From Barthelona sp. PCE (taxonomy: Eukaryota), in assembly GCA_040285745.1 (NCBI GenBank), contig JAUFOR010000004.1, forward strand, positions 248,001 to 312,000: a stretch of DNA of 64,000 bases, written 5' to 3'. Shown here piece after piece: positions 9,761 to 20,220 of this stretch. Numbering within the stretch: position 1 is the stretch's first letter; the number at the start of each line of letters is the position of its first letter. A model generated the notes under the pieces. The model was not told the DNA's origin. It ran no database searches and saw only the letters and a list, made by a program, of their open reading frames with translations. Position numbers and translations under genes: made by a program.

Positions 9761-11869
9761 ATGTCTGAACCTACTAGCTACACATTTGACTCCGAGATTA
9801 GCTCTCTGTTGAGTCTTATCATCAACTCCATCTACCGTGACAGCTCTGTCTTTGTTCGTGAGCTTATCAGCAACTGTTCTGATGCTCTTGACAAGGCTAA
9901 CCACCAAGCACTCAAGGACGTCGATTACCTCGGCGAGGAGGGTCTCAAGATCGAGATCACCCCTGTTCCTGAGAAGATGCAGTTGGTCATTTCTGATACT
10001 GGTATTGGTATGACTCGTCAAGATTTGATTGATAACCTCGGTTGTATTGCTCACTCTGGAACCCGTTCCTTCCTTCACTCCATTGAGCAAACCGATAACA
10101 CTGATGCTCTCTCCACTCTTATTGGTCAGTTCGGTGTTGGTTTCTACTCTTCTTTCTTGGTTGCTCACACTGTTACCGTCTTCTCCAAGTCCAACGATGA
10201 GGATGTTGTCCACAAGTGGGAGTCCAGCGCTGGTGATTCTTTCTCCATTGAAGTCGTTGACATGCCCGAGCTTAAGCGCGGTACTCGTATCGTCCTTCAC
10301 CTTAAGGATGAGCACAAGGAATTCCTCGAGGAGGAGGAGATTGTTAAGCTCATTGAGAAGCACTCCCAATTCATTAACCACCCAATTTACTTGTACAAGA
10401 AGAAGGAGCGCGAGGTCCCTGTCGTTGAAGAGGCCAAGGTTGAGGAGACTGAGGAGTCTGAGGAGCCTAAGGTCGAAGTTGTCGGCGAAGAAGAAGAAGA
10501 GGAGAAGAAGACTGTTACTGAGGAATTCTTTGAGTTTGATCGCCTCAACACTCAACCCGCTCTTTGGACCATCCCTAAGGGTGATATCACCGATGAGCAG
10601 TACATTGAGTTCTACAAGAGTATTGCTGGAAACGATTACGAGGAACCCCTTGCCTGGGAGCACTTCTCCATTGAGTCTGCCGATGTTCAGTTCAAGGGTC
10701 TCATCTACATTCCCAAGCGTGCCCCTATGAGCATGTTCGATCGCAACAAGAAGCTTTCCAACATCCGTCTTTACCTCCGTCGCGTCTTCATTACCGATGA
10801 TGCCTCTGAGTACTGCCCCGAATGGCTCTCATTTGTCCGTGGTGTCATTGATGCTGAGGATCTCCCCCTTAACGTCTCTCGTGAGACTCTTCAGAAGAAC
10901 GTTGTTACCCGCGTTATTCGCAAGAACATTATTCGTAAGACCGTTGCTCTGTTCAAGAAGGTCATGAACGATGAGGAGAAGGCCAAGGACTTCTATGATA
11001 ACTTCGGCACCTACATCAAGCTCGGTATCAACGATGACGAGAAGTCCCGTAAGAAGCTTGCTGAGTTCCTCCGTTATCACTCCACCAAGTCCGGTGATGA
11101 GCGTGTCTCCCTTGCTGAGTACGTTGACGGTATGAAGGAGAACCAAGAGCAGATCTACTTTATTGCAGGTGAGAACAAGGAAGTCTTGATGAAGTCCCCC
11201 TTCGTCGAGCGTCTTGTCTCCAAGGGTTATGAGGTCCTTCTCATGACTGAGCCCATTGATGAGTATGCTGTTCAGCAACTCACTGAGTACAAGGAGAAGA
11301 AGTTCGCCAACATCTCTAAGGATAACGTTGAGCTCTCCCTTGATGACGAGGAGCAAGAGTCCCTTAAGACCCTTGAGGAGGAGTATTCCACCTTCTGCGA
11401 GAAGATCAAGGCTATCCTTGGCGACAAGAAGATCACCAAGGCCAAGATTTCCTTCCAACTTGAGGAGTCTCCTTGCGCTCTTGTTGCTGAAGAGTTTGGT
11501 TGGTCCGCTAACATGTCTCGTGTTATGAAGAACCAGGCCCTCGGTCAACAGAACAACGTCTTCGGTATGATGGGTGAACGTCGTGTTATGCTCATCAACC
11601 CCCAGAACAAGACCATCAAGTCTCTCAAGCAGACTTTCGACGCCGACTCTGAGTCCGCTCACGTTCGTAACATTGTTGAGATCTTGTTCAACACCGCTAT
11701 GATCACCTCTGGTTACGATATTGAGGATCCTCAGGATTTCTCCAAGCGTCTTTATAAGATCCTTAACTTTGTCGTCTCTGATGATATTGAAGAGGAGGAT
11801 GAGGAGATTCCCGTCCTTGAGGAGCCCGGTGTCGAGCCCGTTGATGACTCTATGGAGGAGGTTGACTAA
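9761..11869 (+). CDS. HSP90: Cytosolic Hsp90 (divergent)
   Basis: RELISN, DTGIGMT, IGQFGVGFYS, LPLNVSRETLQ, charged linker, C-terminal MEEVD; strong C/T-ending codon bias. Confidence 0.98.
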   Translation: MSEPTSYTFDSEISSLLSLIINSIYRDSSVFVRELISNCSDALDKANHQALKDVDYLGEEGLKIEITPVPEKMQLVISDTGIGMTRQDLIDNLGCIAHSGTRSFLHSIEQTDNTDALSTLIGQFGVGFYSSFLVAHTVTVFSKSNDEDVVHKWESSAGDSFSIEVVDMPELKRGTRIVLHLKDEHKEFLEEEEIVKLIEKHSQFINHPIYLYKKKEREVPVVEEAKVEETEESEEPKVEVVGEEEEEEKKTVTEEFFEFDRLNTQPALWTIPKGDITDEQYIEFYKSIAGNDYEEPLAWEHFSIESADVQFKGLIYIPKRAPMSMFDRNKKLSNIRLYLRRVFITDDASEYCPEWLSFVRGVIDAEDLPLNVSRETLQKNVVTRVIRKNIIRKTVALFKKVMNDEEKAKDFYDNFGTYIKLGINDDEKSRKKLAEFLRYHSTKSGDERVSLAEYVDGMKENQEQIYFIAGENKEVLMKSPFVERLVSKGYEVLLMTEPIDEYAVQQLTEYKEKKFANISKDNVELSLDDEEQESLKTLEEEYSTFCEKIKAILGDKKITKAKISFQLEESPCALVAEEFGWSANMSRVMKNQALGQQNNVFGMMGERRVMLINPQNKTIKSLKQTFDADSESAHVRNIVEILFNTAMITSGYDIEDPQDFSKRLYKILNFVVSDDIEEEDEEIPVLEEPGVEPVDDSMEEVD

Positions 11870-11877
11870 ATTCTATA

Positions 11878-11896
11878 ATAGTAAACTGTTTACTAT
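11878..11896. terminator. Perfect 9-bp inverted repeat between convergent stops, giving AGTAAA on both strands (candidate bidirectional poly(A) signal)
   Basis: ATAGTAAAC-T-GTTTACTAT lies in the 30-bp gap between the Hsp90 stop (11869) and the stop at 11900. Confidence 0.55.
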
Positions 11897-11899
11897 ACG

Positions 11900-14800
11900 C
11901 TACTGCTTGTTAAATACTCTGTAAGGAATACGGTGAGATCGCAGAAACTGCCATTGTTCTGTCAACATTGTCTGTGCTGTGCTATTATTGCGTATCCTGT
12001 TCATATGACCATACAGACCTTTCACACCGCTTGGTAGGACAAGAACCGTATGATTCCACTCAATTACAGCCGTTGAGAACAACTGCGATCGAAGCGCCAT
12101 GTCAGCGTACGTAAACACCAATACAGGATTATCTATTGTGCTCAGGATGTCCGACACACATGATATAGACAGTGTATCCGGGATACACACTGTTCCCCGA
12201 CTGGTGTATCTATGTTCTTTATGTTGCATATCAAATCCAGATGCAGCTAACTTCGGTCGCTTAACGTCGAGTCCACCACCGACTTTGAATTGCAGACCAC
12301 TCATGGTCTGCTTTTTATATTTGGGATGCTCTGTCGTGAACACGACCCATGTAGCACAGTCTTCGGCAACTTCGTTCGAAACAAGACGCACTGAGGATCG
12401 CTTCTTTGCAATGGGAGCTGCACAGTTGCATATTTTATCTGCATAAGCCGAACTAATCGGTATCCACATTGATGGACCGCAATCGCCGTCTTCTGTCAAG
12501 ACACTCTTTATATGTGTGAGTCTTTCGTAGTAGGCTTCGAAACGCGGCATATCTGCCAATGTGAAGTAAGGAGCTCCAAAGAGCATATCGCGTAGCACAT
12601 CCAGCCAGGAATCAGTAACGGGAAAAACACCTCCAATACAAACGCACGCGCACAGATAGGAGACTCCATTTAGGTTTGTCAGTGTCCGGGTGCTCTGATC
12701 TTTGAAAGCAGAGTCAAAAGCAATATCTGACATCGTTTTCCTCAGGAGACGCAGCGAATTTCCTCCACGCACACCGCCTCTGTTGAACTTCATGCCTTCG
12801 TATGCAAATAACGGTGTGATAAGCAACCCTGCCGTTGAAACGGTGAGCATACACGATGTAAAGCACACGTAAGTGGTGAGCTCTGTCCTCGAGAATGCAT
12901 TCACAGCATCTTTGAAGTACGTGTTGTGCGAGTTGGCAAGCTTAGATATCTTCTGCAAAGAAATACGCCTACTGTCTGTCGGGATACCGTTTATCGTGCT
13001 CTTGTTCTTGTGCGATGATGCCCCGTCACTGCATTTAGCCCTCATATTTGCTAGAACAAGATTGAGACGACCCAACAGCTCGCTGCTCGCTTCATGTCTC
13101 TTCCCCACAAAGTTGTATCGGATGAGGGTGAGGAATCGTACGATTTCAACGCCAATATCCACATCGGGGAGCTCCAGGGAGGTATGCTTGTTTATCTCGG
13201 GTATCACAGTGACACTCCGTATCGTGTCAATCGTTCTAACATGGTAATTCTCAACAGCATGGCTTTGTGCTCTCCGCCTATCCTTCTGTGAGTTTCGGTG
13301 CGGTGAGTGGTATGATGAGTGGAAAGCGTACTGCAAACAATTTGCGTTTGAGGCAAATACCTGCAGAGTTGTGAATTCATTGGTTGTCAAAATGCAGAGG
13401 CCCAAAAGAAGTATGGAGTGTAGCAGAGTTAGAGTTTCAATGATCATATTAACTGATACTGAAGACACGTGACTCAAAAAAACAATAGACTCGTCAACAA
13501 ACAGGAACTGACATAGCAAATCCCTTAATACCTCAAAGTCACGTAGAACATCACGTATTTGATCATCTGTCTGTGAAAATTGAATTCCAAAGAGGCGCAG
13601 CATCAGTAAAACGAGTCCACACTTGAGATACAATAATACATCGCTACAGTTAGCAAACACATAGAATGCTTGCTCAACTTCAGCGATCAACAATGTTAAA
13701 TCAAAGGTTTGCATCGCAGGAAACTCGTGAGAGGTCTGGAGTACAACGTACGGCTCGAAAAAGCAATGGCAAAATGCCTCTGCTTGAACTAGGGTACACA
13801 TATGGCGCATATTATCGTTCTCTACGCTTACTCTCGATGCAGTGAACTCAAGTACATGTGCAAAAAGTATTTCTCGGGTATTCAATGGTGTTTCAGCAAT
13901 TAAATAAAAGAGGGAACGGCGTATTGCCTCCAAGACATTGAAATCAAGTGAATAATTACTTAAAGAACAAATAAATGTGAAAGGATCCTGAATAGCAGCT
14001 TGTAGCGCTGTATTTTTTTTCACAAATGGTTCAATCTTCTTCTTATGCCGCCTGAAGGTGCGTGGACTACCAGCAGGGATAAGTTGCGGTACCACTTGCG
14101 GAACAGGCTGCATCCCCATTGTGAGCAGGAGTTCATTATTGATATAATGTGATGCTAATGTCATGGGCTTGTTTTCAGCGATGAAATATCCAGAAAGTCC
14201 TATCTGACCAAGTGAAAGTGCTGCATGTCCGAAAACCCCCCTAATAACTTGAAGTGATGTATCCAAAGCGGCAAGATTAACTTCAAATAATGTTTTTAAC
14301 AATGTAGCGTCACCGAAAACAATACAGGCATCAGAAACTCCATGTACAAGAGGCATTACATTCTGAAGAGACTGCTCGAACGCAAGAGTTTGTGAAAAAA
14401 ATTTGAGCGACAGTGCTGGCTTCCCGACATCTAAGGCAAGTAACGCTGCCCGCTCACCAGCATGTCTTGATTTGAATGATCGAATTAATGCAATGTTGAA
14501 TGCGGTATCAAGCGCTTGAAGTGCAAAGTGCTGGAATTTATCTGCAATTAACAAACTTACACGTACAATCGCTTCGAGCACAAGTAGCTCAAGACTAGAG
14601 TTATGCTTTGTGTCATCAAGAATAGAGAGAGCATATGTTCCCAAGAGGAATGCCTGCTTGTCATTGCTTGACTCAATCTCGCCGCTGGATACACTGACAT
14701 GTGCTAGGACTGCTGTTGCGCAAACCATGGACAGGTCTGACACTCTCAGGAAGGTATCCTGTCGCGCAGTTTTGAGCACCTCGACGCACAATGAAGGGGC

Positions 14801-16648
14801 TTCTCGGAGGAATTCAAAAGATTGTAGTCTTTCAAAGATACTCTTCACTTTTTCGATATCAACCGAAACAGGAGCGAAAGTAAGAGGAGAAAGCTGACAG
14901 AACACGAGCGTTGCAAAAGCAATGACAAGCAGCGACCCTTGGATGTCAACATTGTCCGGAATCGGCTTCCCTGACTGTGCATACATCCTCAACGTGTCCA
15001 GTCTGTTGAACCCGAGCTGGTGTTGCAGGCACATTTCCAAATTGCCAATCCACACCTTCAGCTCATCGTTGTCCATGTGTTCTACACACAACGCATGCAG
15101 TAGAAAAGCAGTGAATGGTGCCCATAGTAGCGATGCATGCTGAGTAAGGCGATCTGCCATCCTCGATATCATCCTGGCGCAGTCAACGAACAGGCAGACG
15201 TTTGGCAGCACCTTTATGGTGACATCATGTCTGAAAGATTCCTTCGGTCCAACTAGGTGAAGCACCCGTCGCGCGATGTTAAGCGTTGTTCCGACCATAA
15301 CTCGGGTGTGTTCCTCGTCCAACATCGTAGAGTTGACCTTTTCAACACCACTAACGTATTCATGGAAAGCGTCTATCAATTTATCAGCGTGTCCTGCTCT
15401 GTGATGCAAACGCGTCCTGGTATCAAGATCGTGACACCAAAACATGCCTCCTTCCTCGGAGAACGACCACGCCATATGGTCCAGTGAGCCAGGCGCGTGA
15501 TCTCTTCCACCGAAAGAAAGAGAGTGTAAAAGCTCAGCCGGGTTGGGCGAACTAAAACTGAAAGCGTAGTGGAAGTAAGAAAACGTCGAAGGAAGCGCTG
15601 GAAGTGTGATTGTGGGCACAAGGATGCTTGCTGGTACCTGTTTCAGGGGAGGTATGGACGAGACAAGCTTCACAGGCTCTGTCACAGGTTGCTCAAGAAT
15701 ATCAATTCCTTCCAAAGCTGTCAAGAAATCTCCCATGTCGAACACAGGCTCTGTGACTCTCAGCATCTGAAATTCTTCATCGAAATCTGGCATCAGATCA
15801 ACTCTATTCATTTCCTCTTGGTATTTCTTCTGCAAGAGGATAACATCCACAGACAGGTCCTGATTGCTTGTTTTGGCAGCAATGCCATCTATGAATTCAA
15901 TACCCAAGGCAACTGATAGATCACACAACGTAACAATTGCAAAGAATAAAAGATCACCACGGGAAAAGCGCACATTGAAGAAAAGGGGTGTTTCTGTGCA
16001 CTCAAATGACAAAGCCTCCAGAGCATAACCCGCTCGCTCACCAAGTTTAACTGAGAAGAAACAGAGGAAGAGGTTTAAAAAAAACAGAGCTTTTGACTCG
16101 TCTGAATTGGATAATACTGTAAATGCCTGCTCAATTAGATCCAGGTCTGTGAAAAAAAGCTGGATACTGTGGCGCTGCATCATATAACAACAGTATATTA
16201 CTGTTAGAACATAATCAATCGGATCTGCAAAATTTTTCTGTGTGAATATCTCAATTGCAAGCGTGGAAAGCTCACTCAATTCCTCCGAATCATGGGATAA
16301 GCTTACCTCACTCATGCAGCGTGAGAATAAGGCATGATGAGAACACTGTTCACAAATTACAATATGTGCTGAGAGAGAAAAAGCATTTCTGCTGGTCAGG
16401 AGCCCCCAATTTTCAATTTCTTCAACAATATTTGGATAATCGTCCAATGCACAACGTATTTTGGACTGTATTGAAATGCTTGAAAATGGATCAGAGAAAA
16501 GACCCCCGCCGCTAGGTGACGGCATGTTTACCGCACTTGGTTGCTGAAAAGACCCAAAATCAAAGTCAAAATCGTCATCCCAACATTCAATACCATCATT
16601 ATCGTTATTTTGGGCAATACCAATCATCCCATCGTCGTATAACGACAT
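11900..16648 (-). CDS. Large hypothetical helical protein (1582 aa) with N-terminal acidic WDDDFDFDF motif
   Basis: 4.7-kb ORF; amphipathic helical/TPR-like stretches; no confident family. Confidence 0.75.
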   Translation of the reverse strand: MSLYDDGMIGIAQNNDNDGIECWDDDFDFDFGSFQQPSAVNMPSPSGGGLFSDPFSSISIQSKIRCALDDYPNIVEEIENWGLLTSRNAFSLSAHIVICEQCSHHALFSRCMSEVSLSHDSEELSELSTLAIEIFTQKNFADPIDYVLTVIYCCYMMQRHSIQLFFTDLDLIEQAFTVLSNSDESKALFFLNLFLCFFSVKLGERAGYALEALSFECTETPLFFNVRFSRGDLLFFAIVTLCDLSVALGIEFIDGIAAKTSNQDLSVDVILLQKKYQEEMNRVDLMPDFDEEFQMLRVTEPVFDMGDFLTALEGIDILEQPVTEPVKLVSSIPPLKQVPASILVPTITLPALPSTFSYFHYAFSFSSPNPAELLHSLSFGGRDHAPGSLDHMAWSFSEEGGMFWCHDLDTRTRLHHRAGHADKLIDAFHEYVSGVEKVNSTMLDEEHTRVMVGTTLNIARRVLHLVGPKESFRHDVTIKVLPNVCLFVDCARMISRMADRLTQHASLLWAPFTAFLLHALCVEHMDNDELKVWIGNLEMCLQHQLGFNRLDTLRMYAQSGKPIPDNVDIQGSLLVIAFATLVFCQLSPLTFAPVSVDIEKVKSIFERLQSFEFLREAPSLCVEVLKTARQDTFLRVSDLSMVCATAVLAHVSVSSGEIESSNDKQAFLLGTYALSILDDTKHNSSLELLVLEAIVRVSLLIADKFQHFALQALDTAFNIALIRSFKSRHAGERAALLALDVGKPALSLKFFSQTLAFEQSLQNVMPLVHGVSDACIVFGDATLLKTLFEVNLAALDTSLQVIRGVFGHAALSLGQIGLSGYFIAENKPMTLASHYINNELLLTMGMQPVPQVVPQLIPAGSPRTFRRHKKKIEPFVKKNTALQAAIQDPFTFICSLSNYSLDFNVLEAIRRSLFYLIAETPLNTREILFAHVLEFTASRVSVENDNMRHMCTLVQAEAFCHCFFEPYVVLQTSHEFPAMQTFDLTLLIAEVEQAFYVFANCSDVLLYLKCGLVLLMLRLFGIQFSQTDDQIRDVLRDFEVLRDLLCQFLFVDESIVFLSHVSSVSVNMIIETLTLLHSILLLGLCILTTNEFTTLQVFASNANCLQYAFHSSYHSPHRNSQKDRRRAQSHAVENYHVRTIDTIRSVTVIPEINKHTSLELPDVDIGVEIVRFLTLIRYNFVGKRHEASSELLGRLNLVLANMRAKCSDGASSHKNKSTINGIPTDSRRISLQKISKLANSHNTYFKDAVNAFSRTELTTYVCFTSCMLTVSTAGLLITPLFAYEGMKFNRGGVRGGNSLRLLRKTMSDIAFDSAFKDQSTRTLTNLNGVSYLCACVCIGGVFPVTDSWLDVLRDMLFGAPYFTLADMPRFEAYYERLTHIKSVLTEDGDCGPSMWIPISSAYADKICNCAAPIAKKRSSVRLVSNEVAEDCATWVVFTTEHPKYKKQTMSGLQFKVGGGLDVKRPKLAASGFDMQHKEHRYTSRGTVCIPDTLSISCVSDILSTIDNPVLVFTYADMALRSQLFSTAVIEWNHTVLVLPSGVKGLYGHMNRIRNNSTAQTMLTEQWQFLRSHRIPYRVFNKQ

Positions 16649-16732
16649 TTATCGTGTTATAGTACTCTCCTTGAGGTTTAAAATAAAAACATAAAGAGAA
16701 AAAGAACGTAATACAATTTACAACTAACTCAC

Positions 16733-18613
16733 TCAGTCTTCATCCTCTTCTTCTTCACCTTCGCTGCCTTCGCCAGCTTCTTCTTCTTCTTCCTCAGGTT
16801 CAGGAGCTAAAGGATAAGTTGGCAAACCCTGCTTCTTGCGAATATCATTCTCGTAATCAAGATCTGGATCCTCTTCTTCTTCGAACAAGGTGGGAACGTG
16901 GGTGTTCAGTTTAGCAAAATCAATATCCAAAGGTTTAACCTCTGGTGCATCAAAAGCTTTGAATAATACAGGGAGTCCATAACCACAGTAGAAGTTGAAG
17001 AAATAGCGCTCATAACTGACATAGACAGCACCATTCCACTTGACGTGCTCAAGACAAAGCGGAGAAGATGGCAATCTGTTTTGCAGAATTCTGGGACGCC
17101 AGAAAAACTCAGCCTTCTCGCTCTTGTCAAAGCACACCCTCTGCAACGGACCAATGTTGGCCTCCTTGGCAATGGTAGGCTGAGCAGGCTTATTCAGCTT
17201 GGGACCTTCCTCGTCCTCGTCATCCTCTTCATCATCCTCTTCATCTTCATCAGGACCGAACCAGTCGACTCTACCCTGCTCAAGGAGCTGGGGTGTACGA
17301 TGTACAGCCATACCTAAAAGTCTTCTCATCTCAGAGTGCATGTCAGTGGTCTCAATGCGAGAAACAATGACTCCATTGAAGTCTTCGTTCTCCTCCAAGT
17401 CTAAATCGACTTCAGTCACTGGATCCACATCAATCTTCATGGTCTTGGGGAGCATACGTGTGGCAGGGTCGTATACTTCATCCTCCTCATCCTCTTCATC
17501 TTCTTCGCTGCCAGGGTTGACATAAAAGTTATGAGGGCACAACGTCGTGGAGTGAGAGATACGAGCGATTTGAGCACGTAGATACTCTTTCTCAGTGAAA
17601 TTACCATAAAAAGTAGCAACGTTTGCCTCCAAGTTACCGGTGAAATACTGCCTGGTGATTCGCGCCATGCGGATCATCTCGGGACGACAGTGTGGAAGCT
17701 GGGTCCAACCCATCACACCTGGAAGACCCTTAGGCTTCTTAGCGTTAGCATAGGTGTAGACGTCGTCAAGAACAAAATAAATGTACTTGTTGACACCAGT
17801 GCCAAAGTCCTCCACAGGGATTGCAGGGTGCTCATACTTCATGGGAGCAGGGGGTTTAAACTCGCGGGCAATACGTTGCTCATCGGTTTCTTCCTCTTCA
17901 TCAACCTCTTCCTCTTCGGGTTCTTCCATGTCGTCCTCGGGTTCCTCATCTGCTTCAAGTTCAACCCAGTCATCACCGGGCATAGCTTCGGCAACGAGAT
18001 AGCTGCCAGTCTTGTTAATGATACGACCAAAGAGACGGACAGAAGAGACGGGGGCAAAGTTAGCCAAGTTCTGAAGGTTCTTGTATGCCATCTGCATCTG
18101 AATCTCGCCTAGACCGTGTCCAAACATAGAAAGATAGCGTTCTTCAACAATGAGGTTGGGAACGTGACCGTCGTTGGTTGCAACGTCCTCTTCTTCCTCT
18201 TCCTCCTCTTCTTCGGGCTCTTTTTCCTCTTCCTCTTCTTCAGGTTCTTCTTCCTCAGCATCTTCAACTTCTTCAGATGCTTTTTTCTTTCCAATAAAAC
18301 TGGCTTCCAGTTCAGTCAACTTCGCAGACTCCTCATTCTTGTGGGCAGCTACTTCATCATCAAAAGACTTTCGCTCAGCATCAAACTCTTCTTCTAACTT
18401 AACAATCTCCATTTCATCAGGAGAAGGTCCAGAATCTGTAGATGGCATGTACTTCCTCTTAATATCGTATGAAATAGATTCCAATGCGGCAAAAGGATCG
18501 TTTGGTTGCTGTGTCAAAATAGTTTGAAGGATTTCGACTAAATGGGTTGAAAGCGTTTGTCCACCGGGTCCCTGAGATCCCAGGACCTGTTCAAGCCTTT
18601 GTTCCAGAGACAT
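16733..18613 (-). CDS. RSPH4/6: Radial spoke head protein RSP4/6 family
   Basis: LSTHLVEILQTILTQQPNDP, VRLFGRI...YLVAE, GTGVNKYIYFV, WTQLP, RQYFTGNLEA, EYLRAQIARISHST, WNGAV...NFYCGYG; acidic insertions. Confidence 0.93.
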   Translation of the reverse strand: MSLEQRLEQVLGSQGPGGQTLSTHLVEILQTILTQQPNDPFAALESISYDIKRKYMPSTDSGPSPDEMEIVKLEEEFDAERKSFDDEVAAHKNEESAKLTELEASFIGKKKASEEVEDAEEEEPEEEEEEKEPEEEEEEEEEDVATNDGHVPNLIVEERYLSMFGHGLGEIQMQMAYKNLQNLANFAPVSSVRLFGRIINKTGSYLVAEAMPGDDWVELEADEEPEDDMEEPEEEEVDEEEETDEQRIAREFKPPAPMKYEHPAIPVEDFGTGVNKYIYFVLDDVYTYANAKKPKGLPGVMGWTQLPHCRPEMIRMARITRQYFTGNLEANVATFYGNFTEKEYLRAQIARISHSTTLCPHNFYVNPGSEEDEEDEEDEVYDPATRMLPKTMKIDVDPVTEVDLDLEENEDFNGVIVSRIETTDMHSEMRRLLGMAVHRTPQLLEQGRVDWFGPDEDEEDDEEDDEDEEGPKLNKPAQPTIAKEANIGPLQRVCFDKSEKAEFFWRPRILQNRLPSSPLCLEHVKWNGAVYVSYERYFFNFYCGYGLPVLFKAFDAPEVKPLDIDFAKLNTHVPTLFEEEEDPDLDYENDIRKKQGLPTYPLAPEPEEEEEEAGEGSEGEEEEDED

Positions 18614-18820
18614 ATGCTTTCTAGAGATAAACTATGAAAAAACAAATACATTCTGTTCTTTATCCCATCTCATGAATCGCTGTGAACTTTGTATATATCA
18701 TGTTCGCATCGTTCAACATGTATAAATCTTTGTAAATGGAAGTTGTATTGTTATCGATGTTGTATTCTTGCTTTGCGATTTTTTCTTTTTTTACCACTTT
18801 ACCAGGGTCTCATTGAGGAA

Positions 18821-19138
18821 ATGAACTCAAAACAGTTTTGTCCGCACTGCGGAACGTTGTTTTCTTTCCTAACTTCACACAAATTGCAATGTCCATTATG
18901 TATGCATACATCAAACGCTGAGGACTACAAGATAGTGTCCGAATCTCAGCTAAAGACATCAGATTCACTCATGATGATCGATACACATCAAAACGGGCCC
19001 ACTATCAGTGGTGAATGTCCTAAGTGTAATTATGATAAGTTATACTACACAGAAATGCAGCTGCGGTCAGCAGATGAGGGTTCTTCTCTGCGTTACACAT
19101 GTATGAGATGTTCACATTCTTGGTTAACACATAATTAG
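18821..19138 (+). CDS. RPA12: RNA polymerase I subunit RPA12 (TFIIS-like zinc ribbons)
   Basis: FCPHCG...CPLC and CPKC...MQLRSADEG...YTCMRC; ADEG (not ADEP) favours RPA12 over RPC11; ATG at 18821. Confidence 0.85.
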   Translation: MNSKQFCPHCGTLFSFLTSHKLQCPLCMHTSNAEDYKIVSESQLKTSDSLMMIDTHQNGPTISGECPKCNYDKLYYTEMQLRSADEGSSLRYTCMRCSHSWLTHN

Positions 19139-19278
19139 CACTTACACAAATAAACATTAACACGTTGTGGGTTTTAACCAAAAGACTATATCCCCTATTC
19201 GAGTGTTTTTTGCTTTTTCGGATACTTTGATGTTTTCCGATTTCATACCTTTCTGCGGTCCTTTGCATTTTTCAAATC

Positions 19279-20220
19279 ATGTCTAAGGAGATTGTCAACA
19301 TTCCGGTTGAACTGGACCTCACAGATTTGGGGCAACTTATCATTCAAACACAAAATTTTGCTGAGCATGATATTAGAACCAATCTACTAGAGGCAAAGAT
19401 CCATTTACAAGCTATAAGAGAGACAATACGGCAGATGATGATCAACCATAGTGCCAGAACGAAGTCTAATGTACTTTCTGGAAAATTCTCACTTGTTACA
19501 CCGTTTAAAAGTGTTCCTCATTACGCACGTAATACACACTATAACGGGTCTATCGTCACTGAACGCCAGGCCAGTGATATTCTGCGCGAGAGAGCAGGTT
19601 TCTGTCATCAGCTTGCCTGTCGAGTAAGAGATCAAAAGAAAGCTTGTGAGCGCATTGTTTCAGGCGAAGAGAACACAGGGTCAGGTGGAGTCATGGCTCA
19701 CAGTAACTTGTGGAACAGTTTGCTGGAAGAAGCAGTTTCATTTGAGTATGTGAAGGTGATCACCTCTGATCAGTTGGAAATTGAGTATGAAAACATAGTT
19801 CTATCTGTAAGGAGCGTTGATGGAGAAATTTCCTTTGAATTATTGGTCGATGATGAATACTTTAACATATCTTCCAATATACTTTTACGTTTCGTCAAGG
19901 AACAATATTTTGCAATCAAAAACAAGGAACTTGCTCATCAAATCCTCTTTCCAGAAAGTCCATGCAAGCTCCTCTGCACAATTACAGTATTTTGTCAGAT
20001 AATGTTGGTTTTGGAAAAATGCTGCGAAGAGGAAAAGTGCGTTTTTCGAAGCAGGTGTGGTATCCAACATGTCCAGTCTCTTTACCACGAGGACTGTTCA
20101 TATGACCTTGAAATCAACGTCGATGTTGGAACATGTGTGATCCGCACCGGGTTTAACTACCCCATATCACCACAATCAGTCATTGATCGAATCTATTTAC
20201 TTGTTGGTTTCAAGTTGTAA
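19279..20220 (+). CDS. Hypothetical protein (313 aa)
   Basis: ATG-started ORF after a pyrimidine tract; 3' end overlaps calcineurin by 24 nt; no motif recognised. Confidence 0.65.
   Translation: MSKEIVNIPVELDLTDLGQLIIQTQNFAEHDIRTNLLEAKIHLQAIRETIRQMMINHSARTKSNVLSGKFSLVTPFKSVPHYARNTHYNGSIVTERQASDILRERAGFCHQLACRVRDQKKACERIVSGEENTGSGGVMAHSNLWNSLLEEAVSFEYVKVITSDQLEIEYENIVLSVRSVDGEISFELLVDDEYFNISSNILLRFVKEQYFAIKNKELAHQILFPESPCKLLCTITVFCQIMLVLEKCCEEEKCVFRSRCGIQHVQSLYHEDCSYDLEINVDVGTCVIRTGFNYPISPQSVIDRIYLLVGFKL

Noticed and set aside
9584-11662. Long antisense ORFs (359 and 277 aa) and alternate-frame ORFs over Hsp90; similar shadows over CCT1, saposin, RSP4/6 and the 2105-aa gene
   Set aside because: Expected by-product of strong codon bias in highly expressed genes; no independent motifs
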